From: Candidatus Latescibacterota bacterium
Lineage (GTDB): Bacteria > Latescibacterota > UBA2968 > GCA-2709665
Direction: 5' to 3'
NCBI GenBank assembly: GCA_965237675.1
Contig: OZ250150.1
Span: forward strand, 2,208,001-2,272,000
DNA: 64,000 nt
The translations under genes were made by a program, and so were the position numbers. Positions 1 through 8,427 of the stretch are shown piece after piece (the stretch's first letter is position 1; each line of letters starts with the position of its first letter). Below the pieces are notes generated by a model. It saw nothing but the letters and a program-made list of their open reading frames with translations. It was not told the DNA's origin and ran no database searches.

Positions 1-976
1 CGACCACGATATCGCCCGGCTCGAAGCTGTCGACGAATACGCTGGACTGCGTGCTGACGAGCACCTGCGTATGCCGGCTTACGGAACGAAACAACGAGGC
101 AATCACATCCACCGCACAGGGGTCCAGTCCGAGTTCCGGTTCATCCACCACAATCAGAGACGGCAGTTTCACAGGAGGCTGTAACAGAAGTGAAATCAGA
201 CAGATAGCTCGCAAAGTGCCGTCCGAAAGCTGATGAGGACCGAAAACGAGATCGGACTCGCGATGCCGCCAATTCAGAATGACGTCCCTTGACTCGGCGG
301 GCTCCAGATCGAAGTCATCGAAGAACGGCGCCACCTGCCGGATGGTGGTCACAATACGCCGGTAGACGGTTTCACTATTGGACTTGAGCGCGAAAAGTAT
401 TGCCGCGAGGTTGCCCGCGTCGGGCTTGAGCCAGCGGTTGTCTCCAATGTAACCATATTGCCGGACTCTCGAAGTCGGCGATGTATCATGAAAGTGATAG
501 ACGCGACAACGATTCAGCAAAACCCTCAGTGTTTTTGCCGTGGGCTCTCCTTTTTCTGCCACTTCTCCAATCTTCGTTTCCAGATGGCCAACTCCCAGCT
601 GTACCGTTTTCGGGCTGGGATAGCCTTGCTGGTGGAACGCAAGTGTTTCTTCAGCAAAAATCAGAGAGTCGCCGGCTGCGTGGAAGAGTCTCATATTGTA
701 GGTGTCCGTTCCGTTCTCTACCTCAAAGACCATTCTCGCTTCCAGTTGAGGCGTCACTCTGGGGCCGAAGTGCAGGTTCCCCGTGGCCCGACCGGTCGAC
801 CCGATGTGTTGCTGGAGGCGTCCACCCATCAATTCATTCACCAACTTGAAGAAGGCGATGAGATTGCTCTTGCCGGCTCCGTTGGCGCCGATGAGGACGT
901 TGAGCGGTCTGAGTTCCAATTTCATCTCTTTGATGGACCGAAAACCCTTGATCTCGACGTTTTTCAGCGTTGTCAT
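1..976 (-). CDS. AAA_21/AbiEii-like ATPase, 3' end runs off the window
   Basis: Manual translation from ATG at 976: MTTLKNVEIKGFRSIKEMKLELRPLNVLIGANGAGKSN (Walker A), later LSDGT signature and IVVDEPELGL (Walker B). Missing from the ORF track because it is truncated at the edge. Confidence 0.85.
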   Translation of the reverse strand, partial: MTTLKNVEIKGFRSIKEMKLELRPLNVLIGANGAGKSNLIAFFKLVNELMGGRLQQHIGSTGRATGNLHFGPRVTPQLEARMVFEVENGTDTYNMRLFHAAGDSLIFAEETLAFHQQGYPSPKTVQLGVGHLETKIGEVAEKGEPTAKTLRVLLNRCRVYHFHDTSPTSRVRQYGYIGDNRWLKPDAGNLAAILFALKSNSETVYRRIVTTIRQVAPFFDDFDLEPAESRDVILNWRHRESDLVFGPHQLSDGTLRAICLISLLLQPPVKLPSLIVVDEPELGLDPCAVDVIASLFRSVSRHTQVLVSTQSSVFVDSFEPGDIVV

Positions 977-1090
977 GGTGTTTCCCCCAAGCTTGGCACA
1001 CTATACAACGTACGATTCAAATCCGCCAGCGACCTTTCGTTCTACGAGCCGATGCGTTCCTCCACTGGTTTGTACCGTTGACGTCCCCTT

Positions 1091-1256
1091 TAGCAGCCCG
1101 TTGAAAAAGTCCATCCGGGCTGCGGCCGGCTCTTGTGGCCGAATTACTGCGTTGCGCTCCCTTCTCGAATCGCCCGATTCGAGAAGGGAGCGCGCCTTGT
1201 CTTCGGTCACAATGGCTCGGCCTCGCCTGCAGAGCAACTTTATCAACGGACTGTTA
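1091..1256. mobile_element. MITE-like element (family C)
   Basis: Terminal inverted repeats TAGCAGCCCGTTGAAAAAGT / ACTTTATCAACGGACTGTTA (17/20 match) and internal palindrome GCGCTCCCTTCTCGAATC-GCCC-GATTCGAGAAGGGAGCGC. Related copy at 43921-44017. Confidence 0.7.
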
Positions 1257-1262
1257 GCGCCC

Positions 1263-4200
1263 TCAAAACACGTACCGCATGCCGATCTGGACTTCGCGCG
1301 GGTCGCCGAGGCCGGACTGGACGGTGCCGTCGAAGTTGAACAGCAGGCCCGCGGTGGAGGGGTCCCGGTAGTTGTCCGTGTTGAGCAGGTTGAAGATCTC
1401 GACAATGGCCTCCAGCGTGCCGTTGCCCATCGGAATGGGGCGTGTGAGGCGCACGTCCCACGAGAAGAACCCGTGATCCTTGCGCAGGGTGTTGCGCTGA
1501 ACGATGCCGCCGTCGGCGCATATGCGGTCGGACGTGGGCCCCCACGGGTTGGTCGTGGGCCGGGTGGACGCCCGGTTGTTGCCGCCGCAGGCGGCGGAGA
1601 TCGGCTGCGGCGAATAGAAGCTCACTCGATTGTTCATTAAGACGTCGCCGGGCAGTGCGGCCAGCGCCCATGCGTTGAAGCGGTGGCGCTGGTCGCGGTC
1701 CGAAAAGCCCCATTCCCGATCCAGCCGTGTCGGATCGACGTAGCGGAAGGTGAAGGGGTCGCGCTCGTTGTCGTCATCGGACCTGTCCCAGGACATCGTG
1801 TAGTTGATCTGGAACTGCAGGTCGTCGTGCACGACTCGCCGAAGCCCAAGACTGAGGCCGTGGTAGCGGGATCTCGCCGTGCTTTCGGTGACGATCAGGT
1901 TGCCGATGCCGTTGTCGCCGTCCGGACCCAGGCCGGTTGACCAGGGAGAACCGAACACGGCGTCATTTCGGTTGACGAAGCGCGTGAGGTTGTCGGTCCG
2001 TGCGTAGGTATAGTCGAAGGAACCCACCAGTCCCGACGCGTGTAGCTCGTGCTCGATACCCGCGTTGGCGCTGACGGTTCGAGGGTTTACAAAGTTCTCA
2101 TCGAAGACGTGGATGTTCGGACGGAAGGGATCGCCTTTGGGCGAGGGCAGCAACTCGCCGTACGTCGGGGGTGGGCCCAAAACCGGAGTCAACTCGCTGG
2201 ACCGGAAGAGGGATTGCCCGCGCGAGCCGTTTGTCGAGCGGTTGCTGGCCAGGTTCAACCCGGGTATGCGGGCGTAGTAGATCCCGGCGCTTGCGCGGAA
2301 GAGGGTCTTGCTGTCACCGTGCGCGTCGTAGGCCAGGCCTATCCGCGGCTGGAGCATGTCCAGGTCGGAGGGAATTCTGCCGTTGGATGGGAACCGGTGG
2401 GCGCCCGCGTCGTTGGTCACGGTTTTACCGATGAAATCGCCGAAGAAGACCTTGGAAGGATCGGTGATGGGTTCGGGCTGAATCTGCGCCTCCCAGCGCA
2501 AGCCGTAGTTGATCGTCAGTCGGTTGGAGGCCTGCCAACTGTCCTGCGCGAACAGGGCCAATTCGTGCTGCGGGATGTTCTGGGTGCCCGCTTGTTCCAC
2601 GGACAGCCCGCCCACGCCGGCCTGCTCCATATAGAACAGGACCGGCCCGGTGATTTCCGTGCCCTGGGCGCATGCTCCGGTGGTGCTGGTGCTGCCGTCG
2701 GAGCATTCGACATATTGGTTGCCCTTTTCAACGAAATTGAGAAATCCGTCCACCGAATCGAAGATGTACCGCCCGTTGGCAAAACCGATGAAGGTTTGTA
2801 CGGATTCGACCCGGTTCCACTCGACGCCGGCCTTGAACAGGTGGCCGCCCCTGGCCAGGGAGATATTGTTGAGCAGCTGAACGCGGGTGTCGTAGTATTC
2901 CACCGGTATGAAGAAGGGCATGCCGAAGCGATAGCCGTGCCTGTAGTCCATGCCGGTGTCCGGGAAGGGGCGACCGGTATCGGGGTTGACCGGACCCTCG
3001 TAGGGGCGCGGCCGGTCCTCGCGGGAGACCTGGAAGCGGAATTCATTGATGGTGTTGGGGGATAGAAGCGATACCAGGCTGCCGTTGAAAGCGTGCGACC
3101 AGTCTCTTTCAAATGCATTGGCGCTGCGCGCCCAGGAGTCCACGTCGAAGGTGCCGTTTTCCTGTTCCGACCACGTGTAGTTGTATTTGAAGGTGGCGGA
3201 GTGGTCCCTCGACATGCGGAGATCCACCTTGGCCAGAAACGCACGGGCGTCGTTGGTGCGGTCGATGGGGCCGTAGTCTCCCCTCAACGCCCCGTTGAAC
3301 CCTGTATCCATAAAGCTCCGCAAACGGGCGTCCATCCGCTCGATGTCGTTCTGCCGGGTGTCTCTGAATACCTGCTGGTCGTACGCCGCGAAGAAGAACG
3401 CTTTGTCACGGATCAGCGGGCCACCCAGCGTGAAGCCGAACTGCCCCTGTCTGAAGCTGGGCCTGCGCTCGGTGCCGTTGTGCCTCGCGATTTCGGACAA
3501 CGCGTCGTGCTTGCCGAAAAAATGCGCCGATCCGCTCAGTCTGTTGGTGCCCGACTTGGTGATGACGTTGACGAAGCCGCCGCTGGAGCGCCCGAATTCA
3601 GCGTTGGCTCCCTGGGGAACCACGACGATTTCCGCAACGGCGTCCAGATTGAAGGTGAAGGCCGGGCGCTGACCCCCGCGCTGCTCGCCGAAGAACGGGT
3701 TGTTGAAATCCGCGCCGTCTACCGAGATATTGTTGTGGATGCCGCGCTGTCCCGCAATGGTCAATTCGTCTCCGTCCGGCCCCTGAACGATGCTCACGCC
3801 GGGGGTCAAGAGCGTGAGGTTGAGAAAATTGCGCCCGTTGTTGGGGAGGTCCTGTACCGCCTCCTCAGGCAGACGCGTGGCCGTCTCGGTCCGGGTGACG
3901 TCGACGGCGGGCCTTCTGGCCACAACGACGAACTCCTCCATTTCAATAATCATCTTGATGAGCAGTTCAACTGTCTCGCCAACCCGAACCTGCACCCCTG
4001 TCTGACGGGCGTCGGCCCATCCCTCCGCCCGTACCGTCACGTCGTAGAAACCCAGAGGCAACAGGGTCGCGGTGAACAGACCCAGTTCGGACGACGCGAG
4101 GATTCTCCGGTAATTGGTACCGGCCTCCCTGAGAATGACGGTGGCGCCTCCAATGGGATTGTTGAACTGGTCGCACACGAAGCCCCGGATCACACCCGTG

Positions 4201-4301
4201 GTCGCCTGGGATTGCGCACCGGCGGAGCGGTGCATCAGGGCGATCAAGAGCAGGAGGAGGGACAGCGCTCGTATCGGGGATTGGAGATGGCGGCAAATCA
4301 T
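1263..4301 (-). CDS. TonB-dependent receptor, Oar-like, with N-terminal carboxypeptidase-regulatory-like domain
   Basis: Signal peptide, GVIRGFVCDQ..PIGGATV, plug motifs LPNNGRNF and AEFGRSSGGFVNVITKSGTN, C-terminal MRYVF. Start moved to the ATG at 4301. Confidence 0.9.
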   Translation of the reverse strand: MICRHLQSPIRALSLLLLLIALMHRSAGAQSQATTGVIRGFVCDQFNNPIGGATVILREAGTNYRRILASSELGLFTATLLPLGFYDVTVRAEGWADARQTGVQVRVGETVELLIKMIIEMEEFVVVARRPAVDVTRTETATRLPEEAVQDLPNNGRNFLNLTLLTPGVSIVQGPDGDELTIAGQRGIHNNISVDGADFNNPFFGEQRGGQRPAFTFNLDAVAEIVVVPQGANAEFGRSSGGFVNVITKSGTNRLSGSAHFFGKHDALSEIARHNGTERRPSFRQGQFGFTLGGPLIRDKAFFFAAYDQQVFRDTRQNDIERMDARLRSFMDTGFNGALRGDYGPIDRTNDARAFLAKVDLRMSRDHSATFKYNYTWSEQENGTFDVDSWARSANAFERDWSHAFNGSLVSLLSPNTINEFRFQVSREDRPRPYEGPVNPDTGRPFPDTGMDYRHGYRFGMPFFIPVEYYDTRVQLLNNISLARGGHLFKAGVEWNRVESVQTFIGFANGRYIFDSVDGFLNFVEKGNQYVECSDGSTSTTGACAQGTEITGPVLFYMEQAGVGGLSVEQAGTQNIPQHELALFAQDSWQASNRLTINYGLRWEAQIQPEPITDPSKVFFGDFIGKTVTNDAGAHRFPSNGRIPSDLDMLQPRIGLAYDAHGDSKTLFRASAGIYYARIPGLNLASNRSTNGSRGQSLFRSSELTPVLGPPPTYGELLPSPKGDPFRPNIHVFDENFVNPRTVSANAGIEHELHASGLVGSFDYTYARTDNLTRFVNRNDAVFGSPWSTGLGPDGDNGIGNLIVTESTARSRYHGLSLGLRRVVHDDLQFQINYTMSWDRSDDDNERDPFTFRYVDPTRLDREWGFSDRDQRHRFNAWALAALPGDVLMNNRVSFYSPQPISAACGGNNRASTRPTTNPWGPTSDRICADGGIVQRNTLRKDHGFFSWDVRLTRPIPMGNGTLEAIVEIFNLLNTDNYRDPSTAGLLFNFDGTVQSGLGDPREVQIGMRYVF

Positions 4302-4528
4302 GGCGTATACAAGGCTGGCAGGTGTGGCGGGTGGAACCTGGGCTGGAGAATCACTTCTTTTTTGGAAAACCATGCGTTGAGGGCACTGAACTGAAACCCT
4401 CCCGTTTACGAACGTGAACTGACACGCCGGGCGGGATCCCACGCGCGGGTCGTCGGCATCGCGAAAACCGGAATGGAACCCTCCGGGAGGGCGTCGTTCG
4501 GCCCTGATTGCGCGTCCCGTCAGCTAAT

Positions 4529-4550
4529 AAAAAAAGCGACGTATCGTCGC
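4529..4550 (-). terminator. Rho-independent terminator after the ferredoxin gene
   Basis: Minus strand GCGACG-ATA-CGTCGC hairpin followed by T7. Confidence 0.6.
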
Positions 4551-4589
4551 CCTGGATTACACCGCACCGCCTAGTGTCCCGTCCCGCGC

Positions 4590-5102
4590 CTATGCTGCCG
4601 AGCCCGGACGGCGCAACTCGACGCGACCGCGTTCGAGCAGGGTGACCACCCTGGCCTCCGAACACTGCTTCTGCTCGGCGATCGCCGCGATTGTCTTGCC
4701 CTCGTCCCGGTAGAGGCGTACCACCTCCGCATGGTCGATGCCCGGTACGTACCTTTTGTTACCCTTCAACCCTGCGTGTTTGGTGACCTGTATATCTCCG
4801 GTAACCCCCACCTGGCAGGCGAAGCGCAGATTCCCCTTCAGCAGCAGAAAGCGCAAGTTCTCCCTGGCGCCCTTCCCGGTGAGGCCGTCCTGCGGGACAA
4901 CTTCGACCGTGCAGGTTCCGCACAACCCGTTGCCTTCGCAATTCGCAAACCGGGATATCCCGTTATAGAGACCGATATCGTTTTCAATGGCCAGTTGCCG
5001 AAGGTTGGTATGCGGTTTACACTCGACCGTTTTGTCCCAGTTCGTAAACGTAACTTTGCAGACCTTCTTACGCTCCGGCAGGCTGCCAATAAACGTGGAC
5101 AT
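4590..5102 (-). CDS. 2Fe-2S ferredoxin-domain protein with C-terminal HTH-like extension
   Basis: CEGNGLCGTC...RFACQ cysteine motif; tail EVVRLYRDEGKTIAAIAEQKQCSEARVVTLL. Confidence 0.75.
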   Translation of the reverse strand: MSTFIGSLPERKKVCKVTFTNWDKTVECKPHTNLRQLAIENDIGLYNGISRFANCEGNGLCGTCTVEVVPQDGLTGKGARENLRFLLLKGNLRFACQVGVTGDIQVTKHAGLKGNKRYVPGIDHAEVVRLYRDEGKTIAAIAEQKQCSEARVVTLLERGRVELRRPGSAA

Positions 5103-5483
5103 GGAAACCTCGAAAATCAGCCGTCAGCGATCAGCCGTCAGGTTACAGAAAACAGCGGTCAGCAAAAACAGCTAGAAGCGAGACGTCAAAGCCGAGAAGC
5201 AAAATACGAAAACCAGCCAGTAAAACGTGAGACATCGCAAAGCTAGGGTCGGGCGGCCCTCTTGCGTCTTACTTCTCGCATCTCGCCTGAATAAAGTATT
5301 GTATTTCGTTTTGGAACACAAGCGGAAAACGGCCCCGGGAGCAATCCCGCCGAAATTCGTTTGATATGTGCGCGCCCCGGATAATTTTGGTATATTATGG
5401 TACCTCGGAAGGGCGACCCCTTCCGGGAAAGCCGCAGCTGAAAATAGCGGAAGATGCGCAATTCCTTTGACGAAAGTGCAACC

Positions 5484-6368
5484 ATGTCGAATCCATCCGC
5501 CGACTCGGCCGTACGGCGGGCCGTCACCTCTCACTCCAGGCTTTTCGAAAACAACCGGTACGTCTATCCGGTGCTCTCGAGGAGGTCTGGAGGTATCTCC
5601 GTCGGTATCAATCTGAACCCCGACAAAATCTGCAATTTCGACTGTATCTACTGCCAGGTCGACCGCACCGTGCCGCCCGTCCTGCGCGACGTGGACGAGG
5701 ACCGGCTGATTGAAGAGCTCAACTTTCTTCTTGGCGAGATTGTTTCCGGCCGCCTTTTTCAGCACCCCGCCTTTCGTGACATCCCCGACCGGCTCAAGCG
5801 GATCAACGACATCGCTTTTTCCGGCGACGGGGAGCCCACAACCTATCCCCGGTTCAGGCAAATCGTCGAAAAAACCGCGGCTGTCAAGCGCGCGTTCGAC
5901 CTGCCCGAGGTCAAAATCACCGCCATCACCAACTGCACTCGCTTCCACGTCCCGGCGGTTCTGGATGCTTTTGACGTCATGCACAGGAACAACGGTGAAA
6001 TCTGGGCGAAACTGGAAGCCGGTACCGCCGAGTATTACCACCTGGTGGAACGCACCCGCATCTCCTTCGAACGGATCATCGACAATCTGAAACTGGCAGC
6101 GCGCAGATGGCCGATGGTCATCCAGAGCCTGTTCATGCGCGTTCACGGCCAGCCGCCGCCCGACGAAGAAATCGTCGCCTTCTGCAGTATCCTAGCCGAC
6201 GTCCTGGAACAGGGCGGGAGCCTTAAAAACATCCAGATCTACACGGTCGCCCGCAAACCCGCGGAATCTTACGTGACCGCCCTGAGCGATGCCGAAGTCG
6301 ACCGCATCGCCCGAACCACGCGCGAAATCCTGCCCGGCATCCCCGTTGAATCCTACTACGGCGCCTGA
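5484..6368 (+). CDS. Radical SAM protein
   Basis: CNFDCIYC motif, VYPVLSRRSGGISVGINL and FSGDGEPT. Start is either 5454 or 5484. Confidence 0.9.
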   Translation: MSNPSADSAVRRAVTSHSRLFENNRYVYPVLSRRSGGISVGINLNPDKICNFDCIYCQVDRTVPPVLRDVDEDRLIEELNFLLGEIVSGRLFQHPAFRDIPDRLKRINDIAFSGDGEPTTYPRFRQIVEKTAAVKRAFDLPEVKITAITNCTRFHVPAVLDAFDVMHRNNGEIWAKLEAGTAEYYHLVERTRISFERIIDNLKLAARRWPMVIQSLFMRVHGQPPPDEEIVAFCSILADVLEQGGSLKNIQIYTVARKPAESYVTALSDAEVDRIARTTREILPGIPVESYYGA

Positions 6369-6430
6369 ACCACATCGATTTACATGGATGAACAGGATGA
6401 ACAGGGTTGAAGCGGCGTGGATTCAATCCT
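6284..6430 (+). repeat. 147-bp direct repeat, copy 1 (radical SAM 3' end plus downstream hairpin)
   Basis: Matches 7131-7277 with about 8 mismatches. Confidence 0.95.
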
Positions 6431-6517
6431 GCTTCGGGAAGTGGACGCAAGTACAGGCCCTTTGTCTCGGATGGTTGATGCGCTCAAGCGATCCCTCGAA
6501 CAATAGCTTGAAAGGGT

Positions 6518-6755
6518 GGAGCAGACATTATTGTCTGCTCAAATTCATCAAACCGAAACCTCGGTATCCTGCGTCCGGGCATGCCACGACTCGCCGCCGT
6601 CCCCCCGGCTGGGAAAAAGACGGCGCAAGCCGTTCTTCTGTCTGCATTCCGGCAGAAGGACCTCTCCCCCCGGCCCCCTCTCCTGCGAGGAGAGGGGGAG
6701 TCAAACGAAGCGTTGCGTAAACACGAGACGGGCAGACAGGAATGTCTGCCCCACC
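6518..6755. repeat. Cluster of REP-like palindromes
   Basis: GAGCAGACA-TTAT-TGTCTGCTC; CCCCCTCTCCT-GCG-AGGAGAGGGGG (also near 12605-12642, 26258-26300 and 26431-26458); GGGCAGACAGGAATGTCTGCCC. Confidence 0.7.
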
Positions 6756-6858
6756 TTCACATACGCTTCCTCAACGGCTCGACAAGCTGTTGTGCACGTG
6801 TGGAGATGATTGATTCGCGAACAAAGCAGACTGATTGGCTGTATAATGGAGGGAAGAT

Positions 6859-7101
6859 ATGGAAACCCGTGTGCAGAAATGGGGCAATAGTTTAGCCCTG
6901 CGCATTCCCAAGCCACTCGCTGCTCAGATTGGACTTGAACCTGATTCACCGGTCGAATTATCGCTGCGCGGTAAGGTGTTGGTTATTGAACCTGTGAGCC
7001 CGTCCTACTTGAATTTGGACGATCTTTTAGCCCGGGTGACCGAACACAACTTACACGGTGAAGTGGATACTGGAACTCCGATCGGCGGTGAAGTGTGGTG
7101 A
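6859..7101 (+). CDS. mazE: AbrB/MazE-family antitoxin
   Basis: METRVQKWGNSLALRIPK...LDDLLARVTEHNLHGEVDTGTPIGGEVW; upstream TATAAT and GGAGG. Confidence 0.9.
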   Translation: METRVQKWGNSLALRIPKPLAAQIGLEPDSPVELSLRGKVLVIEPVSPSYLNLDDLLARVTEHNLHGEVDTGTPIGGEVW

Positions 7102-7133
7102 GGCCGAACGAGTACGTACCACAGCGCGGCGAG
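7095..7133 (+). pseudogene. mazF-type toxin remnant (first ~13 codons only)
   Basis: GTG overlapping the mazE end reads MVRPNEYVPQRGE, a MazF-like N-terminus (YVPxxGD), and is cut exactly at repeat copy 2. Confidence 0.75.
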
Positions 7134-7277
7134 CGACGCCGAAGTCGACCACATCGCCTGAACCACGCGTCAAAACCTGCCCGGCATCCCCGTTGAATCC
7201 TACTACGGCGCCTGAACCACATCAATTTACATGGATGAACAGGATGAACAGGATTGAAGCGGCGTGGATTCAATCCT
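7131..7277 (+). repeat. 147-bp direct repeat, copy 2 (degenerate radical SAM 3' end)
   Basis: About 95% identical to 6284-6430; a CGA>TGA change adds a stop in the original frame. Confidence 0.95.
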
Positions 7278-7313
7278 CAGTGTTGCAAACAAAAGTCACT
7301 CCAAGGCGGAATT

Positions 7314-7571
7314 ATGAAAATATCTCTTCACGACCTGGGACGACACGTGAAAGACGTATTGCTCGCGCTTGACCGGAACGAATCGATCACCATTCTCTAT
7401 CGAGGTAAGGAGAAAGCCATCCTGTCTCCCGTCCGACAACGAACAAACAAATCGGTTACAGACCATAGAGCTTTCAGGATGTGGCGAGACCGGAAAGATA
7501 TGGCGGATGTCGATACTCACGTCCGCAATCTGAGAAAAGGCCGCATGGATCGCTTTTTGAACACCGGATAG
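7314..7571 (+). CDS. Phd/YefM-like antitoxin with no toxin downstream
   Basis: MKISLHDLGRHVKDVLLALDRNESITILYRGKEKAILSP...FRMWRDRKDMADVDTHVRNLRKGR. Confidence 0.7.
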   Translation: MKISLHDLGRHVKDVLLALDRNESITILYRGKEKAILSPVRQRTNKSVTDHRAFRMWRDRKDMADVDTHVRNLRKGRMDRFLNTG

Positions 7572-7880
7572 TCGATCGGAAATCTGCGTGGATCCGGCGA
7601 TTGCCTTCTCTTCTCGCCAGGCGGAAAGTTACCAGAAATCCACATAGAAGCCCAACGGTCACCCATAGACCGTTGGGCTTTACCGATCAGGGCCTCACAT
7701 TACTGAGACCTGCCAACTGGCCTATTCGAACGCATTTCGCCAATAGTGCGGCTGGACGTCCCGCAGTTTTCTGGCCTGCCATTCGTGGGGATTACCGGGC
7801 ATTGGAACGGCGACTTCGACGAGTCGTTCGTCCAAGTGCAGGTTTGGTCCTGCACCTCCTGCGAGTTTTTTTATCCCGTC

Positions 7881-7945
7881 GCCGACCCTTCGACATTTCG
7901 ACAAGCTCAATGCAGGCAGGCTCAGGGCAAGTGCTCAGGGAGCGG
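7881..7945 (+). repeat. CCCTTCGACAAGCTCAGG-type REP-like element
   Basis: Near-identical same-orientation copy at about 10198-10269; shorter copies near 8090-8120, 22068-22160, 24595-24611 and 36013-36073. Confidence 0.8.
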
Positions 7946-7970
7946 CTCAGGAAAGGGCATACGGAAAATG

Positions 7971-8223
7971 GGCTCGGGGCAGGCTGAAATCCCCCCACCG
8001 GCGCGTCTGCGTGCTGTCGCCCTTGACTTGCCGACTCCCCCTCAAGGGGGGAGTGACGCGTAGGTGAAAGCGCGACAGACAAAGCGTGGGCACTTCGACG
8101 GGTTCAGGACAAGGTTCGGTACAGGGCTTACCGGCGATAGGTTCGGGGCCGGCTGAGGTCCCCCCACCGGCGCGCTTGCGGGCTGGCGCCCTGGCTTGCC
8201 GGCTCCCCCTCGAGGGGGAGTGA
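7971..8223 (+). repeat. Two direct copies of an ~85-bp palindromic element (7971-8056 and 8140-8223)
   Basis: GGCTGA..CCCCCACCGGCGCG...CTTGCCG(A/G)CTCCCCCTC(A/G)AGGGGG..GAGTGA occurs twice. Confidence 0.8.
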
Positions 8224-8427
8224 TGGGGAGGTGACGGTGTTCTTTGCACCTCTGGAAGATAGTTTACGGCGCGTTTTTTGTAAATTCAAGACATTACTGC
8301 TTTAATAGATCCTTTAATAAGCTTTGCAGCATGCATAATGATAAATTAAAGACAAATCTATGTAAAATATAAAGTTTACTGGTCTGCCTTTTATAATCTA
8401 CCACTTTCCAGCCACGTTTTTATTCTA

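Noticed and set aside
458-4394. Long plus-strand ORFs (e.g. 458-1081, 2049-3065, 3093-4394) and similar ORFs across the window
   Set aside because: Antisense shadows of real GC-rich genes, with no motifs.
6284-8223. Possible CRISPR array among the clustered repeats
   Set aside because: No 25-45 bp repeat with regular unique spacers, and no cas genes.
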